Origin: Eledone cirrhosa
Lineage: Eukaryota
Length of the DNA: 64,000 nt
Assembly: GCA_964016885.1 (NCBI GenBank)
Contig: OZ024743.1
Span: forward strand, 107,694,001 to 107,758,000
Reading direction: 5' to 3'
Shown: piece by piece, positions 52,830 to 64,000 of the stretch
Layout of the letters: each line of letters starts with the position of its first letter
Numbering within the stretch: the stretch's first letter is position 1
Program-made: the position numbers and the translations under genes
The notes under the pieces: generated by a model
Seen by the model: only the letters and a program-made list of their open reading frames with translations
Told to the model about the DNA's origin: nothing
Database searches by the model: none

Positions 52830-53118
52830 ATAGCGTCATAATGTCGTAATGCAGACAGCCAGACATACAGACAGATATTATAAGGGCGCAGCGTTATATC
52901 TATGTATCTATCTAAAAAGACAGACTAAGAATTATAGAGAGAGATTGCTAAATCGCCTAATGCGGTCCCTAGGCCATTGATAATTTGAAATATTGTTTGC
53001 CCCAAATACTCACAGGACCATAAGTATTACATGTGTAAAGTTTGAAAACAATCGGTTTCGATGGTTCTCGAGTTTTAGGGAGTCAGACAGATAGACAGAC
53101 AGACATAATACATTCTCT

Positions 53119-53165
<47 letters not shown>

Positions 53166-53311
53166 TATATTCGTGTACAGATATTTTTGCATACACAATA
53201 ACAAAATATAAACAAACGTATTTATTTCACGAGGCTCGATAAGGATAAATATATATCAAATATATAAGAACCCTAGAGCAAATCCAGAGAAACGCCGGGC
53301 CATTCTGTTAG
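52830..53311. mobile_element. Non-autonomous Helitron/Helentron-type (DINE/Lep1-like) pieces
   Basis: TGTGTAAAGTTTGAAAACAATCGG...(CAGA)n...TTTATATAT block and an end AACGCCGGGCCATTCTG-TTAG (53308-53311); 53230-53283 recurs at ~59078-59129. Confidence 0.5.
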
Positions 53312-55189
53312 TAATATAGAAATGTGTGTGTGTGCTATGTATTTAGAGTGTGAGAGAAAGATATACAGAGTGTGAGGCAGAGAGACAGACAGATATATAG
53401 GTAGATAATTAGATAAATAGATAGATGAACGTAAAGGAGAAAAGGTGAGAAAGATTACAATTAGATATGAGAATAATGAAGCTAAAAAAAAAGTTAGAAA
53501 TTGATGGGCACACAGTACGGAGCGACGCAGCGTGAAGTAAGAGGCAAATAGTGTCAGAAAAAGGAATAAATATTTTAAAATGTGGAGAAAGCCGTATAAA
53601 AAATAAGTCAGGTAATCAAATAGTGAAGCGAATATGAAAGGAAACTAAATAATGGTGAGGGGTGTAATCCAGTTAAAATTGTCACAAAGTGATACACACT
53701 CACACACATACACACATACATACATTCATATATGTGTCTGTGTGTGTGCGTGTGGGTGTGTGTATGTGTGTGTTAATGAATACTGTATATATATATATGT
53801 GTTTATATATATATATAATATAAGATCAAAAGATGGTTAAAAGAGTTCCAAGTATTTTATTATGCGCATTTCAAAAACTAATATCATCATGGGATGATAT
53901 CTGCGTTCTCATCAGATAAAATAGGGAGACATGATATGAAGGTTAAAAAACACGTATGAATAGTGAAGTTTTAAATTGCATTGCTTTATTGTGCTACAAT
54001 AAAACTCACCTCCTACAATATATATATTTCAACTGTCAAAACGAATATTACAGACACTGTAAGACTGAGATATAAACATAACAATAAGATAAATTAAAAC
54101 AGAAATAATGAAAATGAGAATTAACACCAGAATGAGAAAAATTAAAGGAAGAAATATAACCGAAATTAAACGCCAAATGGAAAAAGAAAATGGAGGACGA
54201 ACATCTTTATCTCGTGCTTCCGAGAAAGCAAAAACAAATTGTTTTAATATTTCAAAATATATTATATATTTTTATAAAAACCAACAAAAGTAAATATATA
54301 ACAGAGATGTTTATTAACTGAGAATATTACAATAATTATTAGATAAATGGTTGTTTTGACGTAGTTTTGTTTCGTTTTATTCTATGCTTGTAGTTACATG
54401 TATTTGCATTGTTTCGCTGTCTTGCTTTTAAATACATTTTTTTAATAATTTACACCATTTCAATTGCAATAACTTTTATTTATACACCATATAAGTAGTC
54501 GTTAATGTGTTATACTTCTACTACTACTACTACTACTACTACTACTGATGATGATGATGATGATGATGGTGATGATGATATGAATACTATACATTGGAAA
54601 TATATACAATATTGAAGTGCGTGGTGAAATCTGTTTGGAATAATTTTCTTAACAATAAATTTCATATTTGTTATAAAAATTGTCATTTTCTTTTTGTTTT
54701 AATGTTTGTTGTTTCACGTTTGTTTCGGAGATGCGCGTTTGTTCATACGTACCTAATTAATGGTATAATGACAGATGAAATATTCTCGAACACCGTTTTT
54801 GTTGCACAACATTTCGTCTATATCAAACAGGAATGGAGAGAAACCTTAATTGCTGATGAATCTGATGGATTCAGATATACATCGTTTTAACATACGTTGT
54901 GTCAAGAATATTAAACCTATCCATTTCCTAATCGGAACACAGCAGAATTTCTACCAGCAAAGTAGGGAGTGCTAGATAATTTGTGAGAGATAGAGAACCG
55001 AGCGACCCTCCAATACTGAACTGTTACTTTCTGTATGGACTTCGAAAGTATGAAAGGTAGATTTGACCTAGGTAAGATTTGAACTCAGAGCGCAGTGAAC
55101 CAGACGAAGTCATTTAATCCGACTGCTAACAACACCAAATCGCCACCTTCACCACTTGTAGCTTCTGTCAAATTACTGTCATATTAATA

Positions 55190-55380
55190 GCGTTTCTATG
55201 TTTGTCACAATGTCAGCAATTATGCCAGTGCATTACTGGTACATTATTTTATCGACCCCGTGGGGATGAAAGGCAAAATTAACCTCGATGCGATTTGAAC
55301 ATAGACCGTAAAGGGGCGTAACTCTATGATACAAAGCATGACGTCCGACCCTCTACCGATACTGCTAATCCATCGCCTCT
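55190..55380 (-). mobile_element. SINE, near full length (a decayed copy lies at ~54950-55150)
   Basis: Matches 11494-11660. Confidence 0.85.
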
Positions 55381-57009
55381 GTCATATTAGTATTAGGAAT
55401 GTGTTACTGATATAAATTAAAAACGTAAAGAGAGAGTCAAAGAGAAAATGATGGATTAAAGAAACAGAGAGAAAATCAGATGAAAGGAAGATAACTGAGA
55501 CGGAGGAAATTTCATTTGTGTGTCTGTGTGTGCATTTATGTACTTCCTTTTAAAACTTTTCCCTACTGCTAACTACTTATATAACTTAAGATTTAAAAAA
55601 GGACGCTACTACGATTCATTATCCGTGTTGACTGAGTTTATGTGTCTATATATATATGTTTCTTTTATTAGAAATACATACGTCCCTGGTGTCTATATAT
55701 ATATATAGAGAGAGAGAGACACACATATATATATATGTGCGTGTGTGTGTGTGTGTGTATGTATGTGTGTGTGTATGTGAGTGTGTGTCTGTATTTTTGT
55801 GTGTGTTAGATAGAATGATAGATATGATTGTATGTATGTATTAATATTCTCATAGAAACATCAAAGAAAACTTAGCTAAAATGAATGGCAAAGTAAATCA
55901 GAATTACATTTAAGTTGTTATATAATATTATATTGATTTGATTTCTTTGAAAAGATCCCTGTAAAATTCAGTGAAAAATATGTCAATATATAATTTTGCT
56001 CAAAATACACTTTTCTTATTTCATATCTTATTTACTGATTGTCTCAACTACTATTTCCTGTTTCTACATTTAAACCCAGAATCACATTTCTATTTCTTCC
56101 TCAAAACGATTTCAATTAGGCTCTATTTTCTGTCTTAGTATAATATGAATGGACCTGAAACCTCTGATGGATTTGTTTTGCGGTGTTGGGCATTGTTATG
56201 CCCGGCGAAGCATATCCACTCTCCAGATTTGAACGCAGCCGAATTTTTCCAGAGAACCAAAGGAGACTGCGATAGAGCAGAGATATAGGGATATAGAGAA
56301 CCCTAGTAGTGGACGGGTTTCTTTATTATTGTAAACGATGAAGGGCAAATTTGACATCGGTGTAATGTAACTCTGAGAATGCAGAGATCCGGAAAGAATA
56401 ATGCAAATCCTAGCCGCATTTTAATTCATACGGCAATACTGATATAGCTATTGTAAATTCAAAGTTTTCAAGGTAATATTGTTCAAGTATTGCAATAAGA
56501 ATTTGTGGCTATTATGTGTAATATACAACAAATGAAAATATTTTTACATTTCATTATTTCATAAATGTCGATCAAACTGTTTTAATCTTATTTCATTATT
56601 TATTTACACCTTTCTTTCTCGTAAATCTGTAAAATTTATTCCAAAACATTTTTCCGTTTCCTTTTCTTATTTTTCTTTTATTAAAGTTATTTTATTATTT
56701 ATTTATTTATTTCGAACATTTTTCCATACATGTAATAAAGATATTTAAGTAATTTATTTGTTTCCATCCTTCATATAAATGTTGATGAAAAACAGGTGGA
56801 GATGTCAGGTAAGTGAATTATTCCATGTTATTTTACTAATTATTTATATCGCTCCATAGTTAAAAGTTTAAAAGTTATTTCTAGTCTTTTCAATTACATT
56901 TTTCTTGAAATGTTTAACAAAATTAGACTTATGGAGTGTGTAAGGATACATGTATACAATTTGTTAATGAGACGCTGGCTGCCTTAAAAGACCAAATTTT
57001 ATGCACTCT

Positions 57010-57400
57010 GGTTGTCAGGGCGCGTGATTTAGAGGTTAGGGAGTTTGTCTTACGATCGTAACATTTTGAGTTCAATTGACGACGGCTTGTTGTCCTTGAA
57101 CAAGATAAATTATTTCACGTTACTCCAGCCAATTCAGCAGCAAAGGCGGGAGATGTCTGTAACGGAAAGGCTCGATATCATCACACAATGTGTTACACTT
57201 AATTTCCTTTAAAACTATGTTGATGGCGCACATATACGTGGAATGCTTCCCCACTCACACATTAAAGACACAAGTAGGCTATTTTAGTATTCGAAAGACA
57301 GGAACACTATTTGTAACAATCAGTAGAGGTCCAACACTCTGTATGTATATTATTCAAAAGCTGAAGCGAAACAGTAAAAGGTGGAATTATTTCACTGAAA
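57010..57400 (+). mobile_element. Second tRNA-derived SINE family, decayed
   Basis: Box A/B-like head (GATTTAGAGGTTAGGG...GAGTTCAATT) followed by TTGTCCTTGAACAAGA...TTTCACGTTACTCCAGCCAATTCAGC. Confidence 0.55.
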
Positions 57401-58149
57401 AGATGTGTGGCGTAATAATTAGTATTAAATATAAATAGACAATTTAATCCCTTGCAGCCGATTGAACATAACACCACTTACGGAATATAAAAATAATAAT
57501 AATAAATATTAAACTAGAAGAACTGAAATTTAAAGGTTACGTTTGAGAGAAAATTTAATACAAATCTAATGTATGATAATTACGGTCTTATAATATTTCC
57601 ATTGCAACTAAAATTACAGGTATTGTATCTCACACAATTATAGGTCACCTGCCTGCTGTCTTTCACAAAGGAGGTGGCAGTCTTCAGAGAATTCTTTAAT
57701 TGTACCTTTCTTATATTCCTTTGTCTAATGCGTCACTGATGCCTTGGGAAGATGATGATTTCAACTTATTTTAAAAAGGTTGACAAACACACTTTCACCA
57801 CTGACTTCATTTGTTAAACTTAAGTTTCGGCAAAATGTCTACAATACTGTGATAACTGGCAAGCGACTCACACAAGACAAAGCTATAGACTTTGAAGCAA
57901 AATCACAGAATTCGGCTGTCTAAAACAACGATACCGTGCTACGTGCATAAAATATATCAGGGTTTCAATGATGATATGATGAATGGAAAATGGAATCAAA
58001 GAAATTCCATGAGATTTTCCTCTCTCCTTCATTCTATTTATAACCTCAATTCTACAATGAGTACTTACGTAATTCAATAAGTGTTTCAGCTGCTAAGGCC
58101 AAGGTCGTGTCTTATGTCTTATTTCTCGCAGGCAAGAGATAATTGTCAG

Positions 58150-58510
58150 ATAATTTCTAAACTTCGAACAATGCCAGTAAATTGAGGGAAGAGGAAAGTC
58201 GAATATATCGATCCTAATAATTCACGTATACATTATTTTATCAACATTATTTTATCAACATTATTGTATTAGGAACAGAAAATGTAACTAAATACAGCAA
58301 AGCTTTTCATCTGACGCTCTTTCGATACTGCCGATCCAATGCCCTAAATAATTGTGTCAAACATAAACACAAGGCAAGTAAATCGAGGGAATAGGAAAGC
58401 TCCAGCCCGGGGGGATGAAATGCTATGTTGATCTCAGCGAGATTTGAATACAAAATGTAGAATATCATAATTAAATACGATGAAGCATTCTGTCCGACGT
58501 TCTACCAGCG
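58150..58510 (-). mobile_element. Decayed SINE copies
   Basis: GGATGAAATGC..GTTGATCTCAGCGAGATTTGAA...TCCGACG resembles the main SINE. Confidence 0.55.
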
Positions 58511-58998
58511 ACATAAATACTTGCTAAATAATATTGATAATATCGGTATTGAAGATATTGCATTTATTTGATGACTTATCTTTTTAAATTTTATAATGTT
58601 ATTTTTATATATATATATATATTTGGCAAATTTAAGGTTTTACAGACCAAGATATACACCAGAGGGGCAGCTAAGAAAGCTATAAGAGCAAAGTATAGTA
58701 TGGAAAAACACCATAATGAAACTGAAGAACAAAATTCTAAATGCAGGAGGACTCAAGGTAACATGCCCTACGAATAAATCTAAATAATGGAGAATTCAAC
58801 TGATCTTACTACTTCCAGAAATCACGAAGTGGGGAGCGAGTATTAGAGACTAAGGAGGTCAAATATTGGTGCCTTCACACAGGTTTTCAACATTAAGAAT
58901 ATCGACATGCAGCGAATTCACATTTGTGAATGTTGTTATTATATATATTCTCAAGTGATAAACAGTATTTTATTTCTTTTAGCAATTATGTTTTCTAA

Positions 58999-59044
<46 letters not shown>

Positions 59045-59259
59045 ATAATAATAAATTTGAAGACTAAAATACAAAGAGGGCTCCATAAGGATGAATATAT
59101 ATCAAATATATAAGAACGGTAGAGCAAATAATCATTAAGATAACAGATTACAGTTTAAGCAAATAATCGTTGCTTTCACCCGTTAAGGATGAAAGCAGCG
59201 ATTCTTATACATATATACATATATATATATATTTATTTATAAGTAAATACACACACACA

Positions 59260-59303
<44 letters not shown>

Positions 59304-59351
59304 TTACATGTATGTATATATAAATATATATATACATATATATATATATGA

Positions 59352-59389
<38 letters not shown>

Positions 59390-59397
59390 GTATATAT

Positions 59398-59561
59398 AAC
59401 GAAGGAAGTGTGGTAAGGAACCAGGTGGACCATAACGCACCAGAGTACTCGATACTTTGGGTAGTAGTGTGGGTAATAGGAAAATGTTCAGGATCCCGAC
59501 GGCAGAGCTGAAACCGATTCGATTTCTGGATTGAGTCCAGAACTAGCCGTCGAAATATTCT

Positions 59562-59563
<2 letters not shown>
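59398..59563. mobile_element. Fold-back remnant of PLE 3' ends (25.5-kb HHR family)
   Basis: 59398-59530 is the approximate reverse complement of 62010-62145; the right part CCAGAACTAGCCGTCGAAA matches 25502-25520. Confidence 0.7.
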
Positions 59564-59620
<57 letters not shown>

Positions 59621-59761
59621 AGTTTATGTTGGTTGTATACCAACACCTCAGTATGCAGGCTGGAGCACTCGACGAAATGCGCAGGTTGGTTTGGTTACTC
59701 CGGAGTAGTGTAAAATAAAGTTAAATAAAAGTCAAATGATTAAAATTTAGCTTCGTTTATT

Positions 59762-59816
59762 ACTGCTATATATATTTCAGTGACAGCCTTCTTTGGCTGT
59801 GACCTCTTCAGGCAGT
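59762..59816 (-). ncRNA. Type I hammerhead ribozyme, left arm of the palindrome
   Basis: Minus strand ACTGC-CTGAAGA-GGTCACAGCC-AAAGAA-GGCTGTCACT-GAAA-TATATA-TA/GCAGT. Confidence 0.85.
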
Positions 59817-60521
59817 TTGAATTAGTATGGTATAGACAATTACATATGTTGTTTAGGTGTATGATATTGTCAATACTCTGATATGCCCAGTTCCTTGTTG
59901 GGTTGTTAATTCACTGGGGAACTGGAGTCATATGAATTCAAACAAACGAATTTTAGTGTCACAGGTCCCCTTCTCCTCTCATTGGTCAGTTATTAGTGTT
60001 GTCATTGTTGGAGTTAGCTTAAAAATTGATAAAATGGTAGAAGGGACAAGGTGTTGAAGGAACAAAATATCAAAAAATGTGTCAAACTTCCCATTGTTCA
60101 GTTCTGAGAGCATTCCTCAGTCAGAAGTCTATAGAATTCTTTCTGGGGTGAGGCTCCCTGTAGTGTTTATAAACACTACAGGGAGCCTCACCCCAGAAAG
60201 AATTCTATAGACTTCTGACTGAGGAATGCTCTCAGAACTGAACAATGGGAAGTTTGACACATTTTTTGATATTTTGTTCCTTCAACACCTTGTCCCTTCT
60301 ACCATTTTATCAATTTTTAAGCTAACTCCAACAATGACAACACTAATAACTGACCAATGAGAGGAGAGGGGACCTGTGACACTAAAATTCGTTTGTTTGA
60401 ATTCATATGACTCCAGTTCCCCAGTGAATTAACAACCCAACAAGGAACTGGGCATATCAGAGTATTGACAATATCATACACCTAAACAACATATGTACTT
60501 GTCTATACCATACTAATTCAA

Positions 60522-60576
60522 ACTGCCTGAAGAGGTCACAGCCAAAGATGGCTGTCACTGAAATATATATAGCAGT
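60522..60576 (+). ncRNA. Type I hammerhead ribozyme, right arm of the palindrome
   Basis: ACTGC(60522-26)-CTGAAGA-GGTCACAGCCA-AAGA-TGGCTGTCACT-GAAA(60560-63)-TATATA-TA/GCAGT; predicted cleavage after 60571. Confidence 0.85.
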
Positions 60577-60621
60577 AATAAACGAAGCTAAATTTTAATC
60601 ATTTGACTTTTATTTAACTTT

Positions 60622-60701
<80 letters not shown>

Positions 60702-60940
60702 TTGAAAAAATGAAAACGAAATTTCATTTCTCACTCTTAGTATGGCACTTACTTAAACTAGTACATCGTTCCTGTGTCAGTGTTGAACAAAAAGGTGACG
60801 TGGTTGCCTTAACACCGTATGGCATACATTCAGGCTGTTCGATTTGTTGACAAACAAACGAACAAAGCAGGCGTTATAATAAACGTCGGCTAAACTGATG
60901 CGTGCATATATGTATGTGTACCTGTATGCATATGTGTATA

Positions 60941-60998
<58 letters not shown>

Positions 60999-61048
60999 TG
61001 CTACTGTACGTCTGTATACATATATGTATGTACGTATACATACATACT

Positions 61049-61100
<52 letters not shown>

Positions 61101-61104
<4 letters not shown>

Positions 61105-61907
61105 TCTGACTTAGGGTTCTTTCTATTTAATTGCTAACCTGTAGGTGTTGTTTACCATACAGTAACGGTTAAGCCCACATGTAATAATTATTTACACACA
61201 TCTCACTGTGTAACACACTTCTCTCTGTGTATTTGAGCTCAGTTGAAAATTCTCTGTTCTTCTTTGAGTTAATATTATTATTACTTTGGACGCCATGCTT
61301 TCCAGCATAGTTACGCCCCTTTACGGTCTGAGTTCAAATCCCGTCGAGGTTAACTTTCCCTTTCATCCTTACGGGGTCGATAAAATAACGTACCAGTAAT
61401 GTACTGGGTATTTGCTAGCCTTGTGCCAAAAGTAGAAACAATTATTATTACTGTGAACTGCTGAATACTCCGATCCTTGTATAATTAACGAACTCCAAAT
61501 TGTTGAGCAAATAAATTCTTATGGTTGGGCTTCCCTCTCTAGCATTTTCCCCAATTCCTGAGAGCCGTTATTTGATGCAAATAACACGTGTTTTCGCCCT
61601 GATCTGGGCAGAGTGTACATTTGGGTTCTCTCTTTCCATTAGGCTAGATGTGCGGCGGGCAAACCCACACTTGCTGACTGAGGAACCTGTGGTTTTGTAC
61701 GCTACACATTTACTAGATTCGTATCAGCAAGCTTATAGTTATAAGGTTGGTAATTTAAAAGTCTACTTCGGAGATTTGATTATGACTTAGAGTTCTTTCT
61801 ATTTAATTGCTAACCTGTAGGTGTTGTTTTCCATACAGTAACGGTTAAACCCACATGTAATAATTCTTTACACACATCTCACTGTGTAACACACTTCTCT
61901 CTGTGTA
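61101..61907. mobile_element. (TA)n-embedded non-coding element with ~131-bp terminal direct repeats, interrupted by a SINE
   Basis: 61101-61231 is nearly identical to 61777-61907. Confidence 0.75.
61286..61440 (+). mobile_element. SINE with apparent target-site duplication
   Basis: Main SINE family; ATTATTATTACT at 61274-61285 and 61441-61452. Confidence 0.88.
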
Positions 61908-61940
61908 ATATATTTGTATATATAGATAGATATATATGTA

Positions 61941-62145
61941 TATAGGAGGATGTATGATCCCGACGGCAGAGCTCAAGCCGTTTCAACGGCTATTTCTGGA
62001 CTTTAGCCCTGAAATAGCCTTCGAAACGGCTTGAGCTCTGCCGCCGGGGGTCATACTTTCTCTCTATTACCCACTCTACTACCCTAAGTATTGAGTACTC
62101 TGGTGCTTTATGGTCCAACTGGTAACTACCACAACTCCTTCGTTT
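61941..62145. mobile_element. Fold-back pair of PLE HHR 3' halves
   Basis: Both arms read TAGCC(G/T)T(C/T)GAAACGGCTTGAGCTCTGCCG(T/C)CGGG outward from ~62002; homologous to 25497-25550. Confidence 0.8.
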
Positions 62146-62807
62146 TATATATATATATATATATATATATGAATTTAAAGTCAGGAAACACGGAGAAAGG
62201 GTGAAAGGGGGTAAACATAAGGGAAGAGGGAGTTGGTGAGTAGGTGAGTTTGGGAGTTATACAAATAATTAAACAAATAACAACATATGATCCGAATATG
62301 CGCAGATACGACATTACTTAAAACATATTTAAGCCAACGCTATGGTCAACAGCGTTGTCTTCACATAATAACATATAACCATATAGCATAAATAAGAAAA
62401 TATATAAAAAAACAAATAAAAAAATAAATAAGCCTGCATCGTACAACGATGACATGTGTTGATTGGAAGTCAAAAGATCATCATAGCCTGTGAGTGTAAT
62501 GATACGTAACAGACAGTGACATTTTAGTTATAACGTTTGCTTAACCTAGGTGGAATCGAAACGTGTATTGATAGAATAGTAGACAATTCAGGGTTTAGCG
62601 AATAAGACTGACGGCAGATTTCTTCGATTACTTCATTAGCGACGTATATTGTTAGTGTTCACTTCTGTTACAAGCGTTTGAGCCTTAATAAACTTAGGCA
62701 TTGTATTTGGAGATTTATAATCAGTCAAAACTTTTATTCATTATCTCATTTTTCTCCTCTTATCCTTCCCTTATCTCAGACACCCTTTGTACCTCACACA
62801 CACTCAT

Positions 62808-62862
<55 letters not shown>

Positions 62863-62864
62863 TA

Positions 62865-62910
<46 letters not shown>

Positions 62911-62919
62911 AATGATATT

Positions 62920-63054
62920 AATTGTTTCTATTTTTGGCACAAGGCCAGCAATTAACCAGTACATTACTGGTACTTTATTTTATCGACCCCGTAAGGATGA
63001 AAGGCAAAGATAACCTCGGCGGGATTTGAACTCAGACAGTAAAGGGACGTAATT
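62920..63054 (-). mobile_element. SINE
   Basis: Matches 11495-11630. Confidence 0.88.
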
Positions 63055-63055
63055 A

Positions 63056-63300
63056 ATAACAATGATATTAATAAATGGAAACTATATTTATAAAACCATA
63101 TTTATTTTATTATATATATATTTCAAGGGTATCAAAAAAAATTGGGTACGCTCTCATCACATAAAATACAAAATTTGTTTTATAAATAGTGACATAAGCG
63201 ATAAACCAAACCTTATCGGTTCAGGTTCCATTTGGAAAATATCTAATGAAATAAATATGGTTTTCTAAATATAGTTTCCATTTATTAATATCATTGTTAT
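63056..63300. mobile_element. AT-rich MITE with ~55-60-bp TIRs
   Basis: ATAACAATGATATTAATAAATGGAAACTATATTTA.AAAACCATATTTATTT is inverted at 63245-63300; TA on both flanks. Confidence 0.8.
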
Positions 63301-63386
63301 TATACTCCAGGATAAGTCTGTAGTGTGCTTCGAATCTGTATAATAAATAATTTTTTTGAATTACCAGCAAATTAAATATCTCTTTG

Positions 63387-63426
<40 letters not shown>

Positions 63427-63429
<3 letters not shown>

Positions 63430-64000
63430 GCTGAATTACCCGGCATTGCCCGGGTTACTGGTGTTCTTATTCAGATTGGTAAACAATAAATATGAAGATA
63501 AGTTTTTGTTCTCATAATTATTTCAAAATATCTATATTTTATAAAAAGAAATATCAAAATTGTAATGATAATAGAATATATATACCTTAGGGTAATCAAT
63601 ATTCATTGTGTCATTTTTATGTTGGTGTCCAAATGAATAAATTGTTGCTACACACTCACACACATACACTCTCATATACATATACTAAGACAGACACACG
63701 CATAGCTTTCACCTCATTTTTTGACAGTCGAGACACCAAATAAAAATAAAAGTTATCACACATACACTGACTCACATATACACTCTCACATACACTCACA
63801 CACACATACACCATCACATACACTCACACACACTCTCACATACACTCACATACATATACTGAAACAAACACATACAGACATACATTCACGCATACCTGTC
63901 TTTCATCAGACATCTGTATCTGTATATATAGATGTGCGTGTTAGTTTCAGAAACGAACTCGCAAACGCACACGCTCACAGACACATACACACTCATATAC
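63427..64000 (-). mobile_element. Helitron-type non-autonomous element, 3' end at 63427
   Basis: Minus strand has the hairpin CCCGG-GCAATG-CCGGG 8 nt before a CTAT terminus (canonical CTRR); the interior is (CA)-rich. Confidence 0.55.

Larger units (their letters stand above)
59712..60626. repeat. ~915-bp near-perfect spacer-less palindrome (head-to-head HHR-bearing element ends)
   Basis: Centre TTTA|TAAA at 60169/60170; the ~457-bp arms differ by two substitutions and one indel that I could find. Confidence 0.97.

Noticed and set aside
56150-56330. GC-richer patch with hairpin GTTGGGCAT/ATGCCCGGC and CTGATGG...GAAG
   Set aside because: Core nucleotides do not fit a hammerhead and there is no coding evidence; identity unknown.
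59617-59711. ACCAACACC...CGACGAAATGCGCAGGTTGGT, related to 18150-18195 (minus), as a hammerhead
   Set aside because: The CUGANGA core is absent; at most a decayed remnant.

Overview
Eukaryotic, AT-rich, microsatellite-saturated intergenic or intronic DNA. It is most likely cephalopod (octopus), inferred from the tRNA-derived Meta-domain SINE family and the density of (TA)n, (CA)n and (TAA)n tracts. I recognise no host gene, and most short ORFs in the track are microsatellite artefacts. The window is a retroelement landscape. It holds two Penelope-like elements (PLEs; RT + GIY-YIG; one Neptune-like, one probably Hydra-clade) and a ~17 kb (TAA)n locus filled by two tandem Tx1/L1-clade LINEs and four head-to-tail R4/Dong-clade RLE LINE copies. 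It also holds decayed RTE, R4 and CRE LINE fragments, an internally deleted mariner, a MITE, Helitron-type ends and about ten SINEs. The most notable signal is a set of hammerhead ribozymes (HHRs) read by eye in (TA)n-embedded islands. These are (i) a complete canonical type I HHR in a non-coding 589-bp terminally redundant unit at 10.7-11.3 kb (retrozyme-like), (ii) HHRs with a compensated U3:A8 core (UUGANAA) at 25.45 kb and 22.38 kb, and (iii) a ~915-bp spacer-less palindrome with an outward-facing HHR in each arm at 59.7-60.6 kb. Several fold-back remnants of HHR-bearing ends also occur. All structures and clade calls were made by manual inspection; none was computed or database-checked.
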